DNA of 63,496 nt, the filler included, from Octopus bimaculoides (lineage: Eukaryota), in the NCBI RefSeq assembly GCF_001194135.2. It is 3 parts of 2 records of this genome, joined end to end, with 100 filler letters (N's around TTAATTAATTAA, not from the genome) between each part and the next. Parts side by side here need not be neighbours in the genome. Positions count along the whole stretch, not along the records: positions 31,655 to 63,496 come from NC_068986.1; 2 more parts are not named here. The stretch is one strand, 5' to 3'. Below, piece by piece: positions 60,470-63,496 of the stretch. The position numbers were made by a program, and so were the translations under genes. Under the pieces are notes generated by a model. That model saw only the letters and a list, made by a program, of their open reading frames with translations. It was not told the origin of the DNA and searched no databases. The first letter of the stretch is position 1. Each line of letters starts with the position of its first letter.

Positions 60470-61960
60470 TAATTCTCCGGGAAGAAATTGGGATATTTTT
60501 TTACGTTTTGGTTCTACTTGAAAAAGTTCTGTTTGTTTTCTTTTCCTAGTCGCTGTACTCGTTGGTTCGTTTATTCCTTGAGGTATAAAAATGTCATAAA
60601 GAAATTCCATTGGTTCTTCATGTTTTATTCTTTCTTCCGTAAACCTTCTTTTCAGTTGGTTTAAATGTCTTTTGAGTTCCCACCTTTTACCATGTACGTT
60701 ATTTTTCCTAAACGTTTACTTATACCTTCTTCTCAACTTTCCCTTCTATTTCTGTAAATGTTTTTTTTTTTTAAAACACCTTGTCACCGATTTTGAAGTA
60801 TTTTATCTTATTTTCGGTGTTTCTCTCCAGTTTTTCTTTTCTTCCTGGTAATAATTTGTCAAACACTGACCTGACTTTCCTGGGGAATATTAGTACAGCC
60901 AGCGACATACCTGAAGTGGTGTTGGGATTAAGTGTTATTCGGTAGACACTTAAGAATTGCGTCAATGCAGTATCAGCTAGCAGCTCTTACCTAGATTTTT
61001 TCAGCGCCCTCTTAAACGTGTCTACAAAACGTTCCGCTAGTCCATTCGATCTCGGGTGGTATGGTGGAGTAGTAATATGCTCTATTGCATGCATTTTGAA
61101 AAAGGTTTTAAATTCCTTCGACGTGAACTGTGTTCCGTTATCAGACGCTATAGTCTGGGACGCCATATCGCGTAAAACGTTCGTCCAGAAATTCCATTGT
61201 TACTTTGGAGGTTGGCTTCCTACATTTACATATTTCCGGCCATTTCGTGTAACTATCCACAGCAATTAGATAATACTCTCCATTTAACGGTCTTGCGAAG
61301 TCTATGTGTAGTCTGGACCAAGGTATGTCAGTCTTGAGCCAAGGCTAAATTTTTATAGGTGGTGCTTTTGCTGCCAGGGTACAACCTCTGCAGGCTTTCT
61401 CCCGCGATTCCTGGATGTCCCATGTGGAATTGTTTTAGCATACGATTTTGCAAAGAAACGGGTATTACGACCCTCTGAGCGAACATAAGTACGTCGTCAC
61501 ATATCGAATAACATTTTGAAACTGTTACGCTCGGCTACAGAAGTTTTTGTATTTGTTTCTGACTTCACTATTTTTTTCATTTTTATTATGAACACATCCT
61601 TCTCTGTTTTAATTTTTATTTCCTCTAAAGTGACAGGTAGTTCGCGTACTACGTTGCAGAGTATTTTTTATTCAGCTTTTAATGCTGCTTTTACTGTGTC
61701 CTCTAACGGTTCATTGTATTTAGGTATCAATCTTGACAGCCCATCTGCATGTCCCAGTTTTTTCGATGGTAGAAATTCCATCTTAAAGTCATAATTTAGC
61801 AGGATCGCCCCCAGCGCTGCAATCGGTTGGTTGTATGTGTGGGGATATTGACAACAATGGGTGGTGATATGTCGGCAAACTGAATTTCCTTCCTTGTATG
61901 AATTTGTGAAATTTTTTCACCGCTATATTTCTGAAATAAACTCAGTCTTAAAACTTTATC
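60470..61960 (-). pseudogene. Ty3/Gypsy pol fragment (RNase H end, integrase)
   Basis: TNRLQRWG..LNYDFKMEFLPSKKLGHADGLSRLIP; C..C Zn region; WSRLHIDFARPLNG..DSYTKWPEI; TTPPYHPRSNGLAERFVDTFKRALKK; FLSVYRITLNPNTT..FKIGDKVF; KRHLNQLKRR. Confidence 0.93.
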
Positions 61961-62225
61961 TAGCTTAGTTTTCTTCATATTTGCCCCCAGAATGTTTATT
62001 ATTATGTAAATCTGTTATATGTTTCTCAAATAAACTGCTTTGAAAAGTGTAAATAAATGTTTTTAAAGTCATTTTTCATATTTTCTTTAAAATATTTCAA
62101 TTTTCTGTCTTTTAAATATTCAGTTTTTCAAGCTTTTGGTATTCTGAGTTTTAGGTCATTTGAAATTCAGCCTTCTCATGTTCAGTTTTTTCTTGTTCAA
62201 CCTTTGATCCAGACCCATATATGTA

Positions 62226-63489
62226 CAGGGTGTCCCAGAAGTCGCGCACCATTCTGATTTTCATTTAAAATAATTGGTGCAATTTTTTTAAATAATTTAT
62301 TTTATTTTATTCAATTTACTTTCTATCAATTTATTTTCTATCTTTCCAATCTTTCAGATTGAATTATGGTTAATAAACTAAGAGTAGAAAAAATAGCTTA
62401 AATTGTTTTCATGTTTGGAAGAGATGGAGTAACACACCACTCAGTAGCTGAAAAATTCAACCGTAAACACTCTGAGTGAGAACCATTGAGCCATACTACT
62501 GTCTGCTGTTTAATCAAACGTTTCCAAGAAACTGGCTCAGTTGCTGACCGTAAGAGATATGGGCGGCCATAGAGCGTAACTGATGAAGAAACATCCACTA
62601 TTGTTTTGGCGAAAGTTGTTAGTAGTCCTGTGAAATCAGTCAGAAGAGTAAGCCAGGAGCTAAACGGTAGCAAATCATCAGTGCATCGTATACGCAAAAC
62701 TCACAAATTTCATCCGTACAAAGTGCATCTTGTGCAAGCTCTTCATGATGATGACAAAGATAGACGATTGGGATTCTGTGAATGGATTCGCGCTCATAGG
62801 AATTCTTCAATATTCTTCAGTGATGAAGCCATTTTCCATTTGAATGGTCAAGTAAAGCAGCACAATATGCGTTATTGGTCAGATAATGATCCACATTGGA
62901 ATGAGGAGGGACACCATCAGAACAACCCGAGAATCATGGTTTAGGCTGGAATCTGGAAGGAGGAAATCATTGGTCCTTACTTTTTGAACGATAATATCAC
63001 CGGTGAAACCTATTTAGAGCTCCTGTAGATCTTGTTTGACTACCTTGAGGATGTTCCCATAATTCGACGAAAGAACTACTTTTTTCAGCAGAATGGAGCT
63101 CCAGCACATTTTGCTAATTGCATGCGTAACTACTCAAGCCAGACCTTTACTAACAGATGGATTGGACGGAGAGGTTCCGTGGAATGGCCACCTCAATCCC
63201 CAGATCTTACACCTCTTGACTATTTCCTTTGGGGACATCCCAAACCCGTTGTGTACCAGAACCGTCTACACACTCTTGATAAATTTGAAGGATGCAATAA
63301 CAACTGAGTGCCAAGAGATCCCTCAGAAGTGAGAAAGACAGTTTCATAAAGAGAATTGATGCATGTTTTATGGTAGAGGGTGTTCAATATGAACATTTGT
63401 TATGATTAATTTCAATAAAGTATCTTTGAAAATCAATAAAGGTGTATTAAAAAAAAAACAGAATGGTGTGCAACTTCTGGTACACCCTG
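62226..63489 (+). mobile_element. Full-length Tc1/mariner element, DD41D (rosa/VS-type), 1264 bp
   Basis: 31-bp TIRs (cagggtgtcccagaagtcgcgcaccattctg; 28/31 identical) with a TA TSD at both ends. Confidence 0.95.
62366..63400 (+). pseudogene. DD41D transposase pseudogene
   Basis: ATG at 62366; N-terminal HTH (TVCCLIKRFQETGSVAD..GRP); FSDEAIFHLNG; FQQNGAPAH (D to N) followed by 41 residues to the D of TPLDYFLWG. Several in-frame stops. Confidence 0.92.
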
Positions 63490-63496
63490 TATGTGT

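Overview
This is AT-rich eukaryotic (animal) DNA, not a prokaryotic window. It is dense in simple repeats ((AT)n, (AC)n, (AAT)n, (ATAG)n, (ATAC)n) and interrupted by many N gaps. The repeat content looks like an octopus/cephalopod genome; that is an inference from the SINE families and composition, not a database match. I found no host protein-coding gene I can support. Almost all recognisable coding sequence is decayed transposable element: a piggyBac transposase (377-2370, -), two Helitron 5' fragments with 23-aa STPR-type repeats, RTE, CR1-like and R4/Dong LINE fragments, three Penelope-like (PLE) GIY-YIG endonuclease ends, a Gypsy pol fragment with a probable 3' LTR, several mariner remnants, and one full-length DD41D Tc1/mariner element with TIRs and a TA TSD. 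There are also many tRNA-derived SINE copies and MITEs of hAT, piggyBac and unclassified types. The most interesting structure is: (i) several hammerhead-ribozyme motifs, including two inside a (AAT)n-linked SINE-like unit with a B-box-like head; (ii) a nested PLE cluster with an inverted segment; (iii) a ~2.4 kb diverged palindrome; (iv) an inside-out TIR pair around (TA)n; (v) an inverted repeat enclosing TTAGGG telomere repeats; (vi) a ~16 kb CpG-depleted domain (~33-49 kb) that may mark a methylated gene body. Two fixed 100-bp 'N44-TTAATTAATTAA-N44' blocks are scaffold linkers, so adjacency across 22.1 kb and 31.6 kb is unproven. All identities and alignments were made by eye and TE boundaries are approximate unless a TSD is given.
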